Shown: positions 29,379-39,164 of the stretch, one piece after another | Layout of the letters: every line of letters starts with the position of its first letter | Position numbering within the stretch: position 1 is the first letter of the stretch | Origin: Candidatus Calditenuaceae archaeon HR02 | GTDB lineage: Archaea > Thermoproteota > Nitrososphaeria_A > Caldarchaeales > Calditenuaceae | DNA length: 64,000 bases | Reading direction: 5' to 3' | Assembly (NCBI GenBank): GCA_002898395.1 | Contig: BEHE01000009.1 | Coordinates: 18,988 to 82,987 of the forward strand | Notes under the pieces: model-generated | Told to the model about the DNA's origin: nothing | What the model saw: the letters and a program-made list of their open reading frames with translations, nothing else | The model's database searches: none | Made by a program: the position numbers and the translations under genes

Positions 29379-30236
29379 ATGGTGGTGCTTGCAACCAGCC
29401 TTAGCGGAAGGTTGAGGATAGCTCTGGCACAGGTCTCGACACGGATAGGCGATGTTAAGGCGAATAAGGTGAAGCACATAGAGTATATCGAGAAGGCGCG
29501 GAGCGAGGAGGCGGACCTAGTTGTTTTCCCCGAGCTATCGCTGACCGGCTACCTGCTGAAAGACGTCGCCTATGAGGTCCCCCGCGCCTGTGGCGAGGCC
29601 TTGGAGGAGATTAAACGTGCCTGCCGCGATATCCACGTAGTCATCGGGGTGGTTAGAGAGGTGAGGCCAGGCATCATACAGAACGCAGCAGCGATCATAG
29701 GCGACGGAGAGATAAAGTGCATAGTCCCGAAGTTCTATCTTCCAACCTATGGCCTCTTCGAGGAGGCACGCTACTTCATGCCCGGCGACCCTCTTAGAGA
29801 CCTTAAAATCTTTGAAGACAAGTTTGGGGTCTTAATCTGCGAAGACCTGTGGCATCCGGAGCCTGCAGAGGCTCTTGTAAGACTGGGTGCAGAGGTGCTC
29901 ATCTGCATAGCATCATCGCCCCTTAGGGGGTTGAATAATCCGGTGGAGGGTAAACCATGGATTGACCATGCCTGGACCTCGATACTAAATGCAACAGCAC
30001 TGACGCATGCAGTCCATGTCGTCTTCGTGAATAGGGCTGGGCCGGAGGATGAGGAGTTCTTCTGGGGAGGCTCAAGGGTTGTGGGGCCGAACGGTGTAGA
30101 GCTGGCAAGATGCAAAACTATGGAGGAAGACTTCAAGATCTGCGAGATAGACCTCTCAGAAAATGCGAGGACTAGAAGGTTCAGCTCTTTCCGGATACAT
30201 CTCAGGGAATTCCACCGCGCATTGTCTAGGCTCTAG
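29379..30236 (+). CDS. Nitrilase-family amidohydrolase, likely glutaminase partner of NadE
   Basis: FPELSLTGY (E), K.YLPTYGLFEEARYF (K) and ICEDLW (C) catalytic triad. Directly upstream of nadE. Confidence 0.88.
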   Translation: MVVLATSLSGRLRIALAQVSTRIGDVKANKVKHIEYIEKARSEEADLVVFPELSLTGYLLKDVAYEVPRACGEALEEIKRACRDIHVVIGVVREVRPGIIQNAAAIIGDGEIKCIVPKFYLPTYGLFEEARYFMPGDPLRDLKIFEDKFGVLICEDLWHPEPAEALVRLGAEVLICIASSPLRGLNNPVEGKPWIDHAWTSILNATALTHAVHVVFVNRAGPEDEEFFWGGSRVVGPNGVELARCKTMEEDFKICEIDLSENARTRRFSSFRIHLREFHRALSRL

Positions 30237-30284
30237 AAATTTTCTTCCTCAGGCAGATTTTTAAACCCGTTGCGGCTGGAATGA

Positions 30285-31157
30285 TTGGATGATGTGAAAT
30301 TGGCCACTAGGGTAAGCCTCCCAATCAAAGAGTTGGAGATCGATGTTGTGAAGGTCACCAGCTACCTCTGTGAGAGGCTAAGACGCTATGTCTTCGAGTA
30401 CGCGGGTAGGCGAGGAGGGGTTATAGGTCTGAGTGGGGGAATAGATTCGTCTACCGCCGCCTATCTAGCGGCCCGTGCACTAAAACCCGAGAACCTCTTC
30501 TGTTACATTCTTCCAACCTCGGCTACGCCGCAACACGACATACAGCTAGCCCAGACAGTAATTGAGGAGCTGAGAATACCTGAGGACAACTACGAGCTGA
30601 TAAACATCGACGATATTGTGAGGATATTTGCAGAGAGGCTTATGGTCGAGAACCCCCTCATAGTCGGCAACATAGCCGCGAGGGTCAGAATGATAATACT
30701 CTACGCACAGGCGGCGAAGCATAACTGCCTCGTCATCGGAACAAGCGACAAGTCAGAGTTAACAATAGGCTACTTCACCAAGTATGGGGATGCTGGGGTA
30801 GACGTTATGCCCCTCGCCGACCTCTACAAGACCCAAATCAGGCAGCTTGCAAGGTATCTCGGCGTCCCCGAGGCGATAATCGTGAAGCCGCCGTCACCCG
30901 CTCTCTGGCCCGGCCAGACTGCGGAGGCGGAGCTTGGAATGCCATATGACCTACTCGACAGCATCCTATATCTCAGGTTCGACGCCTGGCTCAGCGAGGA
31001 GGAGGTCGCATCCCGCCTAGGAATAGACACGGAAGTTGTGGAGAAGGTCGTGAGGATGGTGAAGCAGACACAGCATAAGAGGCAACTACCCGAGATATTC
31101 AGACTCAGTACTAGATCGCATGGATCTGACTGGAGGTATCCTAGGGAGTGGAGGTAA
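30285..31157 (+). CDS. nadE: NAD+ synthetase
   Basis: GLSGGIDS, GN..AR.RM, GYFTKYGD, KPPSP.LW.GQT.E and HKR motifs. Confidence 0.95.
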   Translation: MDDVKLATRVSLPIKELEIDVVKVTSYLCERLRRYVFEYAGRRGGVIGLSGGIDSSTAAYLAARALKPENLFCYILPTSATPQHDIQLAQTVIEELRIPEDNYELINIDDIVRIFAERLMVENPLIVGNIAARVRMIILYAQAAKHNCLVIGTSDKSELTIGYFTKYGDAGVDVMPLADLYKTQIRQLARYLGVPEAIIVKPPSPALWPGQTAEAELGMPYDLLDSILYLRFDAWLSEEEVASRLGIDTEVVEKVVRMVKQTQHKRQLPEIFRLSTRSHGSDWRYPREWR

Positions 31158-31308
31158 ATGGATTGGCCCGAGGCACGGCTCACGGTGTTAGCTGTGCTAG
31201 CCGGCGGGTCAAAGAATGGTAAGGCTTTAATTCTGGCGTCACTCGCGATTCTACTGGCTCACAATACTTTTATATTTAGGAGATGAGTGAGCTTCAGGCA
31301 CGGTGATT

Positions 31309-31443
31309 ATGAGCTACATTAGGTTCTCTGAAGAAGAGTGGGAAGAGGAGGAAGAGTGGGAGGAGGACTTCGAGGAAGAGGAGGAAGAGTGGGAGGAAGA
31401 GGAGTGGGAAGAGGAGGAGTTAGAGGAAGAGGAGGAGGTATAG
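31309..31443 (+). CDS. 44-aa Glu/Trp-rich acidic microprotein
   Basis: MSYIRFSEEEWEEEEEWEEDFEEEEEEWEEEEWEEEELEEEEEV*. GGTGAT just upstream, a TTTTATATTTA TATA-like box near 31268-31278, and a T-tract after the stop. Confidence 0.65.
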   Translation: MSYIRFSEEEWEEEEEWEEDFEEEEEEWEEEEWEEEELEEEEEV

Positions 31444-31593
31444 TCTAAGCCACCGATAACCAGAATTTTTTATTTAGAGGGTCTAGGACAGTTTTCTCAT
31501 TGCGAGGTTTACCGAAATTTGGATACACTGGCCTCCGCGGTTAGGGCTTATCGCTGGATAAGCGTTATAACACTGGTGCGAGAATAGTTATAC

Positions 31594-32490
31594 ATGCCTA
31601 AGCTTGAGGAGAGGAGATTACAGCAACTTCGGGGAAGCTCCTATGTTTTGACACTCCCGAAGGACTGGGTGGAGGAGCTGGGGCTCGGTAAGGGGTCTAG
31701 TGTTTTCCTGCTTGCGGAGCCGGGGCTCCTGATAGTTGTTCCAGGGGAGAGGGCTGGTTATCCTCTAGTGGATGTGGAGTTGGATGTAATAGGTGTTGGA
31801 CGTCTTGAGGAGTTAACTAAAGCCCTGTATAAGATTGGTGTGAGCCAAGTGAAGTTTAGGACGCGCGAGCCAGTTCAACAAGTTATAAGTAGGCTTAGGA
31901 AGATGAGAGGAGAGGTTCACGGCCTCATAGCCACCACTCCTAGTGAGAACGAGGTTTTAGCCTCCTTTTCCGACGAAGTCTTCGCAAGTCTAGACCATGG
32001 TATCAGAGTTTTTTTGACGACTCTGGTCTCAGCAGCCCAATCAGTTGCGAGAGATGTGGGCTCCGGATATACTGCATCACTGCCTGATGAGCTGGCTGAC
32101 TGCCGCCTATACGCCCTCGCTCTCTTCAGATATGCCTCAGGGCTGATAACCAAAGCCTCTAGAGACTTGATAGTCCGAGCCCTTCCCATAGCTAGCCTGG
32201 TCTCAGCCCGGATGCTAGACCTCTGCGAGGCTTTTGAAGACGTTATGACTGACAGTGGGGGAGAAGACCTCTCACAGTTGGTCAAGACCTTTACTACATT
32301 TGTCTCCGAGCTCATAGACGCTATTGGTGGTGATTTTGAGGCGTTGGAGAGGGTGGAGGAGAAGGTGGAGAAGGTTTTGGCTGGTAGGAGGTTGGAAGAC
32401 CGCCGGGCTTGTACGCTGTTTGTGGTGTTGTCAAAAGTGGTTGAGAGTCTTAAGGAGCTCGCACTCGTCAAGGCTGTGCTTACTGCTTGA
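31594..32490 (+). CDS. AbrB-domain / PhoU-like regulator
   Basis: RRLQQLRGSSYVLTLPKDWV..LGL.KG N-terminus; helical remainder. Confidence 0.78.
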   Translation: MPKLEERRLQQLRGSSYVLTLPKDWVEELGLGKGSSVFLLAEPGLLIVVPGERAGYPLVDVELDVIGVGRLEELTKALYKIGVSQVKFRTREPVQQVISRLRKMRGEVHGLIATTPSENEVLASFSDEVFASLDHGIRVFLTTLVSAAQSVARDVGSGYTASLPDELADCRLYALALFRYASGLITKASRDLIVRALPIASLVSARMLDLCEAFEDVMTDSGGEDLSQLVKTFTTFVSELIDAIGGDFEALERVEEKVEKVLAGRRLEDRRACTLFVVLSKVVESLKELALVKAVLTA

Positions 32491-33241
32491 TGGCGAAGAG
32501 CTCTATGGCTACGTGGAGCTTCGAGGGAGAATAGCTCTTAATGACCCTCTGGCCCAGGAGCCTCGCCTTGTATCCCAGTCTCTCGGCAGTGGATATGGCC
32601 TTGGCTGCCAGTTCACCTTCCCTCCCCCTCACAGCTAAGCTGTGGAGATGGATAATTCCCCCAGCTGATGAGAGCGTGTCCAGAGCATATGGGAGGAAGC
32701 TGACTGTGTTATGAAGGTACCCCATTATGACCCTGTCCGCTACCTGGCCTATTTGCTTAGCAACTTCTCTGCAGTCTCCGAGATGGGGTACAACTATCTC
32801 CGAGACCCTATTCCTCTCGATATTCTTGACTAGAAATCCGTAGGCGTCTGGATTAATCTCTATTGCGTGTATTTTCTTAGGCCTGGCGTGGTATGCTATA
32901 GGGATGCTGAACTGCCCTACACCTGCAAACATGTCTACGACCACCTCCCAGCTCCTGACCATGGCCGCGGTCCTAATCCTCTCAAACTTGTTCCCGAGAC
33001 AGAACATCAAGCTGGCTGGGTCGAGCTCAAACTCCACACCATATTCGCGATAAACTATGGAGTCAGGAGTGGCGCCCCAGAGAACCTCTATCCTCGGCCT
33101 CCTATACTCACCCTCTATTCCCCAATACCTCAGTATCGCCTTGACATTCGGGTGGCTCTTCAGTATCCGCCTGACTGTCTCCTCGACGTCGCTCGACTCT
33201 TCCGGCCTAACCAGCGCAACGCCGCCAAACAGCTTAACCAC
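32480..33241 (-). CDS. taw2: Taw2/Trm5-family SAM-dependent tRNA-modifying enzyme
   Basis: MF..GN..ERIR, VVVDMFAGVGQFSIP, AIEINP and ADRVIMGY. Confidence 0.75.
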   Translation of the reverse strand: MVKLFGGVALVRPEESSDVEETVRRILKSHPNVKAILRYWGIEGEYRRPRIEVLWGATPDSIVYREYGVEFELDPASLMFCLGNKFERIRTAAMVRSWEVVVDMFAGVGQFSIPIAYHARPKKIHAIEINPDAYGFLVKNIERNRVSEIVVPHLGDCREVAKQIGQVADRVIMGYLHNTVSFLPYALDTLSSAGGIIHLHSLAVRGREGELAAKAISTAERLGYKARLLGQRVIKSYSPSKLHVAIELFAIKQ

Positions 33242-33294
33242 TCCGAAGAAGCCTAACCGAGTCCATAGATAAAACCGTAACCCTGGGGCTTAGA

Positions 33295-33414
33295 GGGTCC
33301 GTTAAGTTGGTATTACTGAGATGCTGCCTGGATGAATAAATCGCCTCAACCATTGCCTATAGTTGGTTTTAAGACTTATAAACTAGCAACTCTTAAATAA
33401 AATTTAACGGACCC
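33295..33414. mobile_element. 120-bp MITE
   Basis: 14-bp TIRs GGGTCCGTTAAGTT (33295-33308) and AATTTAACGGACCC (33401-33414), one mismatch. Exact 9-bp direct repeat GGGCTTAGA at 33286-33294 and 33415-33423. Confidence 0.85.
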
Positions 33415-33467
33415 GGGCTTAGAAAAGGAAAAATCTTAGAGGCGCAGACAGAGTCGACGATATAGCG

Positions 33468-33941
33468 TTGAGGGAGACGACCACGCTTGAGGATTACTTA
33501 AAGGAACATGGGGTAGATGCGCGCATAATATTTTTTGAGGGGCACGTGAAAACCGTGGCCGCTGCGGCAAAGCGGCTTGGTGTGGGGGCGGAGCGAATAA
33601 TCAAGAGTATCCTGTTCATAGATGATAAAGGTGGGCCCGTCCTCGCCATTGTCAGGGGCGACAGGAGGGTGAGCGAGTATAAGCTTGCGAGACTGATTGG
33701 TGTGAGGAGTGTCAGGATCGCCACTCCGGAAGAGACGCTGGTGCACACAGGCTACGAAGTGGGTGCGGTTCCCCCAATAGGGTTGAAGTCGAGTGTTCGC
33801 GTGGTCATCGACTCTGAGATTGTACGTCTCGATAGGGTCTATGGTGGCGGTGGTAGCCAAAACGCACTGGTTGAGATTTCTCCTGCCGATATTCAGAGGC
33901 TGACTGGTGGCGTGGTAGGGGATATAGTCGTGCCTACTTAG
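33468..33941 (+). CDS. YbaK/ProX-family aminoacyl-tRNA deacylase
   Basis: AA..LG....IIKSILF, TGY.VGAVPPIG and GGGS motifs. Confidence 0.9.
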   Translation: MRETTTLEDYLKEHGVDARIIFFEGHVKTVAAAAKRLGVGAERIIKSILFIDDKGGPVLAIVRGDRRVSEYKLARLIGVRSVRIATPEETLVHTGYEVGAVPPIGLKSSVRVVIDSEIVRLDRVYGGGGSQNALVEISPADIQRLTGGVVGDIVVPT

Positions 33942-33981
33942 AGACCAACACATATATAATGGCCGGCTAGAAGGTTGGTGG

Positions 33982-34362
33982 TTGTCTCAGAAACAGCAGA
34001 CAAGACAGGCTGAAAAGGCTAAGCCAGTAGAGAAGCGCGTACTTGGCTTATCAGTCAGCAACGTCGCTGAGATCGAGTCCTTCGCCAAATCCCAGCCCTA
34101 CCTCACCCCATACCTTATTGCAGAGAGATTTGGTGTTAGACTATCCGTAGCTAAGAGGTTTCTGAGAGAGTTGGCCGAGAAGGGGGTTCTAAGACCGCTT
34201 GAAGGTGTCACGAGGCTGAAGCTCTACGTACCGACGACAGAGGTTAAGATCACTCCACACAAGCCTCAGACCGCTGAACAGACGGTTGAGGAAGGAGAGG
34301 TTGTAGGTGTGGCTGCTAAGAAAAAAGCCAAGGGGAAGGCTGCTAAGCCTAAGAAGAAATAG
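33982..34362 (+). CDS. rps25e: 30S ribosomal protein S25e
   Basis: YLTPY.IAERFGVRLSVAKRFLRELAEKG winged helix; basic protein. Confidence 0.85.
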   Translation: MSQKQQTRQAEKAKPVEKRVLGLSVSNVAEIESFAKSQPYLTPYLIAERFGVRLSVAKRFLRELAEKGVLRPLEGVTRLKLYVPTTEVKITPHKPQTAEQTVEEGEVVGVAAKKKAKGKAAKPKKK

Positions 34363-34741
34363 ACTCATCCCTGGCCTCCGTAACGACTATACGTGCGCCC
34401 TGCCTCAAGTTCTTGAGACCGCTGGGGTCGCTGGTCAGTCTACCAATCCTGACAGCCTGCACCGGCGGCGGTATCGGCTCCACCACAAAGGCGATAGCTG
34501 GGATTGAGGGCCAGTAGAGAATGTCCCCAGGCTCAACTTTTTTGGCCTCCTTCTCAGCTCCTCTCCTTATCTCGACTTGGAAGTATGCAAGCCCGCCTGA
34601 CAGTGCCAAGGCGCCACTCAGGGGAAGAGCCCTGACCACCCTATCATAAGTCATAGGGGCCAAGTATCTGTTAAGCTCCCCCTGCAGTTCAACTCCACCT
34701 TCAATCTGGATTCTGATCTGTGTGGATGGTCTGAAGGGCAT
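34349..34741 (-). CDS. Cyclophilin-like fold protein (TM1367-like)
   Basis: EL.R.LAP.T....RALP and G.EK...V.PGDI.YWP. Confidence 0.75.
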   Translation of the reverse strand: MPFRPSTQIRIQIEGGVELQGELNRYLAPMTYDRVVRALPLSGALALSGGLAYFQVEIRRGAEKEAKKVEPGDILYWPSIPAIAFVVEPIPPPVQAVRIGRLTSDPSGLKNLRQGARIVVTEARDESISS

Positions 34742-34749
34742 CTAGGGCG

Positions 34750-36540
34750 TCACTGCCCCTTCTGCTCTTCCTTGCCGACCTCGCCACTACTCTGCTGATA
34801 GATCACTGCACCTATTTCCTGCGCAACCTTCCTCAGAGACTCCATTGAAGACTTTATACCCTGTATGTCGGACTTCTTCAGCGCATCCCTCAGCTTGTCA
34901 GAGGCGTCCTTTATCTTACTCCTTGTCTCTTCACTGAGCTTCGAGCCATACTCACTCATCGCCTTGTCTACTGTGTAGAGTAGGGACTCGGCCTCATTCT
35001 TCAGCATTGCCTCCTCCTTCCTGCGCCTATCCTGCTCTGCATACTGCTCGGCCTCCCTAATCATCCGCTCAATCTCTTCACGGGAGAGCCTGTGGGGAGC
35101 TGTTATCTTCACGCTCATCTCCTTACTCGTCCCCAAGTCTTTAGCGGTAACGGTTAAAATTCCATCAGCATTTATGTCGAACGTTACCTCGATTCGCGGG
35201 ACACCGCGCGGGGCAGGCGGAATCCCATCCAATATGAACCTCCCCAATGATACGTTGTCGGCAGCCATCGGCCTCTCACCTTGAACGACATGTATCTCCA
35301 CTGATGTCTGGAAGTCAGAGGCGGTTGTGAAGATTTTGCTCCGTCTGACCGGTATTGTCGTGTTTCTCTCGATTAGCGGCTCGACCAGCCCACCTAGCAC
35401 CTCGACGCCAAGCGTGAGCGGCGTGACGTCTAAGAGTACAATGTCCTTGCCCTTCAGCTCCCCGGTCAGTATTGCCGCCTGAATCGCCGCGCCAGCAGCC
35501 ACGCACTCCATCGGATCTATTCCACGCTCAGGCTCCTTACCAAGCGTCCTTTTTAGAAACTCTCTTATAATCGGCATCCTCGTAGGCCCACCAACTAAGA
35601 TGATCTTGTCTATATCTTCGGGCTTGAGCTTGGCGTCCTTCAGCGCCTGCTCTATGGGCCCTCTACACCTCTCGATAATAGGTGCGACGAGCTCCTCAAG
35701 CTTTGCCCTTGTCAGGACGTGGGTGAAGTGTTTAGGCCCACTTGCGTCCTGGGCGATGAACGGCAGGTTTATCTCTGTCTCGTAGACGTTTGAGAGCTCT
35801 ATCTTTGCCCTTTCAGCGGCTTCGCGGAGCCTGTTCATGGCTACCGGGTCTTTTGTCAGGTCTATTCCCGTCTCCCTTCTAAACGTCTCCACCAAGTAAT
35901 TGACTATTGCATCGTCCATGTCTCTGCCTCCGAGCTGGGTATCGCCTGAAGTAGCCTTTACCTCGAAAACACCTCCACCGAATTCCATTATCGTAACATC
36001 AAGCGTCCCACCACCTAAATCAAAAACAAGAATCTTCATCTCCTTCTCCAGCTTATCAAGACCGTACGCGAGGGCGGCAGCCGTGGGCTCATTTATTATC
36101 CTAAGAACCTTCAGCCCTGCGATCTCGGCAGCATCCTTTGTTGCCTGCCTCTGGTTATCGTTAAAGTATGCGGGCACCGTTATGACGGCCTCCTTAACCT
36201 CCTCGCCGAGATAAGCCTCCGCGTCGCGCTTTATCTTCTGGAGTAGGAAGGCGGAGAGCTGCTGGGGAGTAAACTCTTTACCGTGCAGCCTATACTTGTA
36301 GTCTGTACCCATCTTCCTCTTGAAACCAGTGACCGTGCCTTCAGGGTTAGTAACAGCCTGCCGCCTCGCAGGTTCGCCGACCAGGAGTTGTCCATCCTTC
36401 GTGAACGCCACATAGGATGGGAAAGCCTTTCCATAGAGTGTGACGCCTTCGGTGCTCGGAATCAGTGTCGGCCTGCCACCAACCACCACGGCCGCGGCCG
36501 AGTTACTTGTCCCGAGGTCAATGCCGATGGCCTTCGCCAT
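34750..36540 (-). CDS. dnaK: Chaperone DnaK
   Basis: [31 protein letters not shown] and LLDVTPL.LG motifs. Confidence 0.98.
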   Translation of the reverse strand: MAKAIGIDLGTSNSAAAVVVGGRPTLIPSTEGVTLYGKAFPSYVAFTKDGQLLVGEPARRQAVTNPEGTVTGFKRKMGTDYKYRLHGKEFTPQQLSAFLLQKIKRDAEAYLGEEVKEAVITVPAYFNDNQRQATKDAAEIAGLKVLRIINEPTAAALAYGLDKLEKEMKILVFDLGGGTLDVTIMEFGGGVFEVKATSGDTQLGGRDMDDAIVNYLVETFRRETGIDLTKDPVAMNRLREAAERAKIELSNVYETEINLPFIAQDASGPKHFTHVLTRAKLEELVAPIIERCRGPIEQALKDAKLKPEDIDKIILVGGPTRMPIIREFLKRTLGKEPERGIDPMECVAAGAAIQAAILTGELKGKDIVLLDVTPLTLGVEVLGGLVEPLIERNTTIPVRRSKIFTTASDFQTSVEIHVVQGERPMAADNVSLGRFILDGIPPAPRGVPRIEVTFDINADGILTVTAKDLGTSKEMSVKITAPHRLSREEIERMIREAEQYAEQDRRRKEEAMLKNEAESLLYTVDKAMSEYGSKLSEETRSKIKDASDKLRDALKKSDIQGIKSSMESLRKVAQEIGAVIYQQSSGEVGKEEQKGQ

Positions 36541-36606
36541 ATGACCCCACCATTATTGTAGGATGTGGTAGAGGAATATTAACCAATTGTCTGAGACAAG
36601 TCTTCA

Positions 36607-37173
36607 CTAACCCATGCCGATCTTTTTCTCGTAGATATATATTCCATCGAGGAACTTTCTAAGGTCTTTCCGCGTTATCCGCGTCCCCTGTTCTATGCGG
36701 CCCGCTGCGAGGCCTACGAGGTACTTGTCAATCCCCGTAACTATTACGTCGTCTCCCTTCACCTGAACCTTCACGCCCTCTGGGAGGCGGATTACCCGCG
36801 GATACTTTTCCCCGGCGAAGTTCTCGACTACCAAATTGCCTCCCTGAACCTTAACACTCATGGGGAAGTGGCTCTGAACTATTTTCAGCTTATATGTGAA
36901 TCCCTGTGTTACGCCTATTATCATGTTTTTAATATTTGCCTTCACGGTGCCGAGCCTCGCAAGACATCTCCGTCCCCTACCATAGACTCTTATGTGCAAT
37001 ACATCGCCGTCCAAGCTAACTTCTGCGCCTGCATGGCCGAAGTCCCTCTCAACACTCCCTAGCTTCCCCTTAATTTTCACGCGGGCTGGGGGGGTTAGCT
37101 CAACCTGTATATCCTGAGGAATCTTGACAGTATCTTCTTGAAACTTCATCTTAGAAATAGACTCTTGGGCCAT
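36607..37173 (-). CDS. rpl6: 50S ribosomal protein L6
   Basis: NMIIGVTQGFTYKLKIV.SHFP and KD.RKFLDGIYIYEK. Confidence 0.96.
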   Translation of the reverse strand: MAQESISKMKFQEDTVKIPQDIQVELTPPARVKIKGKLGSVERDFGHAGAEVSLDGDVLHIRVYGRGRRCLARLGTVKANIKNMIIGVTQGFTYKLKIVQSHFPMSVKVQGGNLVVENFAGEKYPRVIRLPEGVKVQVKGDDVIVTGIDKYLVGLAAGRIEQGTRITRKDLRKFLDGIYIYEKKIGMG

Positions 37174-37189
37174 CCCCGTTCACCTCGTC

Positions 37190-37579
37190 TCAATACACGT
37201 ATCCAAGGAGCTTTCCACCAAGTCCGCGGGAAACCGCCTCCCTATGCGACAACACGCCCTGATTGGTTGTCACGATCAGGATTCCGACGTCCTTAGCCGG
37301 CAGATAGAGCTTTGCCCAGCTATCATATCCGTTCCGCGAGACACTGTATCTGGGCCTAATAGGTGCGGCCCTATTGATTCTGCCAAGTAGCTGGATTATC
37401 ACCTTACCGCCCCTGCCGTCTTCGATATACTCGAAAGAGCCGATGTAAGAATGTCTCTGAAGTGTCCTTAATATGTCGCCGATCAACCGTGAGTAGTAGT
37501 ATATACACTCCTTGTTGCGTACCGCCTCGTTATTCTGGAGCGTCGTAAAGAGGCCTGACACTAGGTCCTTAGATACCAT
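37190..37579 (-). CDS. rps8: 30S ribosomal protein S8
   Basis: YIG.FEYIEDGRGG, LLGRIN and TTNQGVLSH.EA...GLGGKLLGYVY. Confidence 0.96.
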   Translation of the reverse strand: MVSKDLVSGLFTTLQNNEAVRNKECIYYYSRLIGDILRTLQRHSYIGSFEYIEDGRGGKVIIQLLGRINRAAPIRPRYSVSRNGYDSWAKLYLPAKDVGILIVTTNQGVLSHREAVSRGLGGKLLGYVY

Positions 37580-37664
37580 CTCTTCTCGTCTGTTCTAAAA
37601 TTCCTGCGAGCCCATCTAATAAGCCTAATTAAGCCGGGTAGCGCCCTCTAGGCAGACTAGCCTC

Positions 37665-38453
37665 CTATTGGAGCCGGATTCTCACCCTGTCACCCGGTTT
37701 AAGTCCAAGTAGCATGGAGGCGCTCCCCCTACTCGCCGCCAGCTCCAGCTGACCAGTCCCACCGAATGTAACTAGGAGCGAGCCAGGAGGCACATCGCCG
37801 TAGGCCTTCACATACCGGGCAGTATAGACCCGCCCTCCATACTCTACAATAAGCTCGTCACCGAGCCCCAACCCTTCAGGCATTCCACTTGAATCGATGT
37901 TAAGGATGGCGTTCCCGAACCTGTCTATGTGTAGAACCTCTGTCTCTACGCTTCCTCCCACGAACCTCGCAGTAGTTAGCTCAAGCTTCACGATTGATTG
38001 GGCGTCGATTTTCCTGAGAGCAGGCTGTAGGCCGGAGGCCAGCTCGCCGGCAACAGGACCGAACACGTCGCGCGCATGAAACGTATGACCACCAATCCTA
38101 GGATATTTTTCTAGCATGATCTCGAAGCACTCCTCAAGCCCATCGCTCATCGCAGCGGGGTAGAGGAGACCATTGTCAGGCCCTACGAACCAGTAGTTAT
38201 GCGTCTTTAGAACTAGCCCGCGCCTCTCCGTACCTACGCCAGGGTCAACGACGGCGACATGTATTGTCCCAGGCGGGAAGAACTTGTAGGAGAGGAGAAG
38301 TAGGAATGCACCCTGCCTGACGTTGAAGGGCTCCACCTGGTGGGTTATATCCACTATCTTAACATCACCGCACCTAGATAGGATTACACCCTTAACCTCA
38401 GCCACATAGATATCTGAGACGCCAAAATCTGTCAGAAGGGTCACTATCCTCAC
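37665..38453 (-). CDS. SAM hydroxide adenosyltransferase (DUF62)
   Basis: TLLTDFG, VVDPGVGT.R, GPDNGLL, TFHARDVF and IDRFGN. Confidence 0.93.
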   Translation of the reverse strand: MRIVTLLTDFGVSDIYVAEVKGVILSRCGDVKIVDITHQVEPFNVRQGAFLLLLSYKFFPPGTIHVAVVDPGVGTERRGLVLKTHNYWFVGPDNGLLYPAAMSDGLEECFEIMLEKYPRIGGHTFHARDVFGPVAGELASGLQPALRKIDAQSIVKLELTTARFVGGSVETEVLHIDRFGNAILNIDSSGMPEGLGLGDELIVEYGGRVYTARYVKAYGDVPPGSLLVTFGGTGQLELAASRGSASMLLGLKPGDRVRIRLQ

Positions 38454-38486
38454 ACTCTAACCTCTCCACCTCCAACTAGATTAAGT

Positions 38487-38930
38487 TCAGGGAGAGACCT
38501 CTATTATCCCACCCTTGTGGGGGTGGAGCATGCAGTAGTACGTATAGGTACCCGAGACCCTAAAGGTGTAGCGATAGCTGTCGCCGGGGTTGACGGGGCC
38601 CGAGTCGAACTTGCTTGCACCGCTAGGTACCATGCTTGCAGTGAAGGTATGAGGGACCTCGTCTTCGTTGACGTAGACCACCGTGTCGCCGACACTTATT
38701 GAGAGTCTGGCAGGGTTGTAATACTTGTCGTCGATGACTGGAGGATCTCCCACTTTCCATCCTTCAGGTGGAAGATAGGAGCCCTTCATGCTCCTGATGG
38801 TATATGTCTTTCCGGAGGTCTGTCCTGCAACTACGGTAGCTCCGATAAGCTGCCCCCACAACAGCATAACAGCAACCGCGACAACCGCTATAGCAACGAC
38901 AAAAGCCACGGCGACGTAAACTGGCCTCAA
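38487..38930 (-). CDS. Membrane-anchored cupredoxin (plastocyanin/amicyanin-like)
   Basis: N-terminal hydrophobic anchor, N.D..PHT and G.Y.YYC.LHP. The usual axial Met is absent (HPHKGG). Confidence 0.85.
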   Translation of the reverse strand: MRPVYVAVAFVVAIAVVAVAVMLLWGQLIGATVVAGQTSGKTYTIRSMKGSYLPPEGWKVGDPPVIDDKYYNPARLSISVGDTVVYVNEDEVPHTFTASMVPSGASKFDSGPVNPGDSYRYTFRVSGTYTYYCMLHPHKGGIIEVSP

Positions 38931-39164
38931 AGATGATCTGCCCGCGAGGAGCCAGGCCGAACGTCGATATTTAAAAATTTCTTGGCTTTTAACGGTTTTG
39001 GCTTCGTTAGAGAGGTGGCGGTACTAGATTCCCGCAGTATATACTGTATATTGTTTTAGGTCGCGAATATGCACAAGGTATATTAAGCGGTAAAAGGTTA
39101 TATCTGATGAGGTGAAGGGGTTTAAAGCTTTTCACCGGAAACAATCCTCAGGAGGGAGGTGTGT

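Noticed and set aside
39035-39046. 12-bp palindrome CAGTATATACTG between the cupredoxin gene and tfb
   Set aside because: A single AT-rich instance with no second copy noticed, so an operator call is unsupported.
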